From assembly GCF_009914755.1 (NCBI RefSeq), contig NC_060935.1: a DNA stretch of 64,000 nucleotides; one strand, 5' to 3'. The notes below the pieces were generated by a model. It was not told the origin of the DNA. It did no database searches and saw only the letters and a list, made by a program, of their open reading frames with translations. Made by a program: the position numbers and the translations under genes. Shown here in pieces: positions 62,460 through 64,000 of the stretch (position 1 is its first letter; every line of letters starts with the position of its first letter). Origin of the DNA: the human T2T-CHM13v2.0 reference genome, Homo sapiens.

Positions 62460-62830
62460 TGTATCAATGCAGAGAAAGAGCTCTGCAATTAATCATTCTA
62501 AATTTAGTGGCTTGAAACAACCACTTGAAACAACCGATCATTATTCTGATTGTGTACCTATGGGTCAGCTGAAGGCCATCTGATCTAGTCCGCACTCGTC
62601 TGAGGAGGCTCAGCTTTAAGAATTGCTCATCCTCCTTGGATAACTGGGCCAGTTGGGGGCATGTTCTTATGACAGTGTCAAAAGGGCAGGAGAGTAAATG
62701 GAAGTAACTCAGGGCTATCACTTCAGCTCATATGTAATTAGTAAAAGCAAGACTTACGGCCGAGTTCAAAGTTTAGAGGGAGCAACTATAAAGTTACATG
62801 GCAAAGGGAACAAATACAGAGAGGAGTGAT
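62460..62830 (-). mobile_element. Old MLT1 (H/I/J-like) LTR
   Basis: ttagtggcttgaaacaac...catgttctt...aagttacatggcaaaggg...gatgaattggg. Confidence 0.6.
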
Positions 62831-64000
62831 GAATTGGGAGCCATCTCCCTCTGAACTTTGCAGTCAAACAGATCTAAGGTAATGTGAGATACAAAGATAG
62901 ATATTTAAAATTATTTTGTTACCTATTACATAACCCCTTTACTCTCTTTATAGCAGGCAATAGCTTGTTCCTGTAGAGTATCTGTAAAATTCTCTCTCTT
63001 CTTTACTCATTATCTTTTAACCTTCTCTTATTTTATGGTTAAAGAAGGAAACAGTCGATATTCAAGACAAAATGATAAGGACTAATAATGGTAGAATATA
63101 ATATCTTCCCAGGAACACACTGAGGGACTCTGCCAAACCTAGGTAGGTTTTGCTTACTCCATCACAATGAGGTAAAAGTGGTGGAATTTCAGTTATATTC
63201 TGAGGTTTGGCACAATCTTCCCACTGTCCTTAGGTGATTAGGGGCATCCACCTAATTCAGCCATATGTAAAGTAATTGTGGTGCTAAAGGATACCAGAAA
63301 AGCCTCTCTGCCTGTTTCTCCTTATCAATCATCACCAATTGACAGTGATGCCAAGGGCTGTCAGGATGCCTCCTAGAAATGTGGATTAAATCTAGACCCT
63401 GAGACTGTGTCCAACTCTGTGGTCTGACAACACCTTTATGCTGTCAGTACTCAATCAGTGCTCTTCCCCTTCATCATTGTCAGTAATATCATCCTCCCAC
63501 CAGTAAATGTGAACTCTGCCTCACAGCCATGGCAGCTCCCACAGACCTGAAGTGTGAACCCATCTCTGGGCTTCAGTTGGCAATTGAATTGCAGCAGAAA
63601 CCATACCAACTCCTGATGTGTGAAAAAGACGAGGATCTGAATGGCACTGTGCTTTATCGGCCATAAACACACAGTTTATGAAGAAAAAAACTTAAAGGAA
63701 GGAATAAATGACTCTTTAGGTTCACTACTAATGGCTATTCTTTTTCTCTCTAATTTTAAAAGTAGAACGTGGTCATAGACAATTGGGAAAATTACAGAAA
63801 GGCATAAAGAGAAATACAAAAATGACCCATAACAGCACCACGCAGAGATAACCACAGTTAACATTTTATTGTTTCTCTTTCCTGTCACTCTTGCATACAG
63901 ATAAATACATATTTTACATAAAAGTAGATCACAGAAAATAGATGACCCACTTTTTATTCATCTTTAATATTACGGGCACTAACCCAGATCATTTTCATTA

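Noticed and set aside
63430-63680. 73-aa minus-strand ORF with a CGSCHGC motif
   Set aside because: Non-ATG start and no recognisable family; possibly an ancient LINE remnant, but not supportable.

Overview
Repeat-rich great-ape (most likely human) genomic DNA, intronic or intergenic. I found no intact protein-coding gene, RNA gene or prokaryote-type system. Almost all ORFs in the track come from Alu, SVA, L1, L2 or low-complexity sequence. Main contents: an SVA_D-like element inside an LTR8-type solo LTR; a full-length RPL7A processed pseudogene inside a MER5; a full-length, disabled L1PA3 that retains the ZNF93-bound 5'UTR segment; and many Alu, MIR, L2, MLT, THE1, MER and old L1M fragments. 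The most interesting signals are structural scars readable from the sequence. (1) A ~2.4 kb inversion at 46.4-48.9 kb between two inverted Alus, with an ~80 bp inverted duplication and a small deletion, which fits template switching; a split MER63, a split MIR and an inverted target-site duplication (TSD) pair support it. (2) An SVA with two stacked 3' transductions and three poly(A) tracts, whose TSD lies ~520 bp past the SVA end. (3) Reuse of the same target site by an Alu and the SVA. (4) A 12-bp hairpin insertion in L1 ORF1. Repeat subfamily names come from recalled consensus sequences, not from a search. Boundaries of old repeats are approximate.
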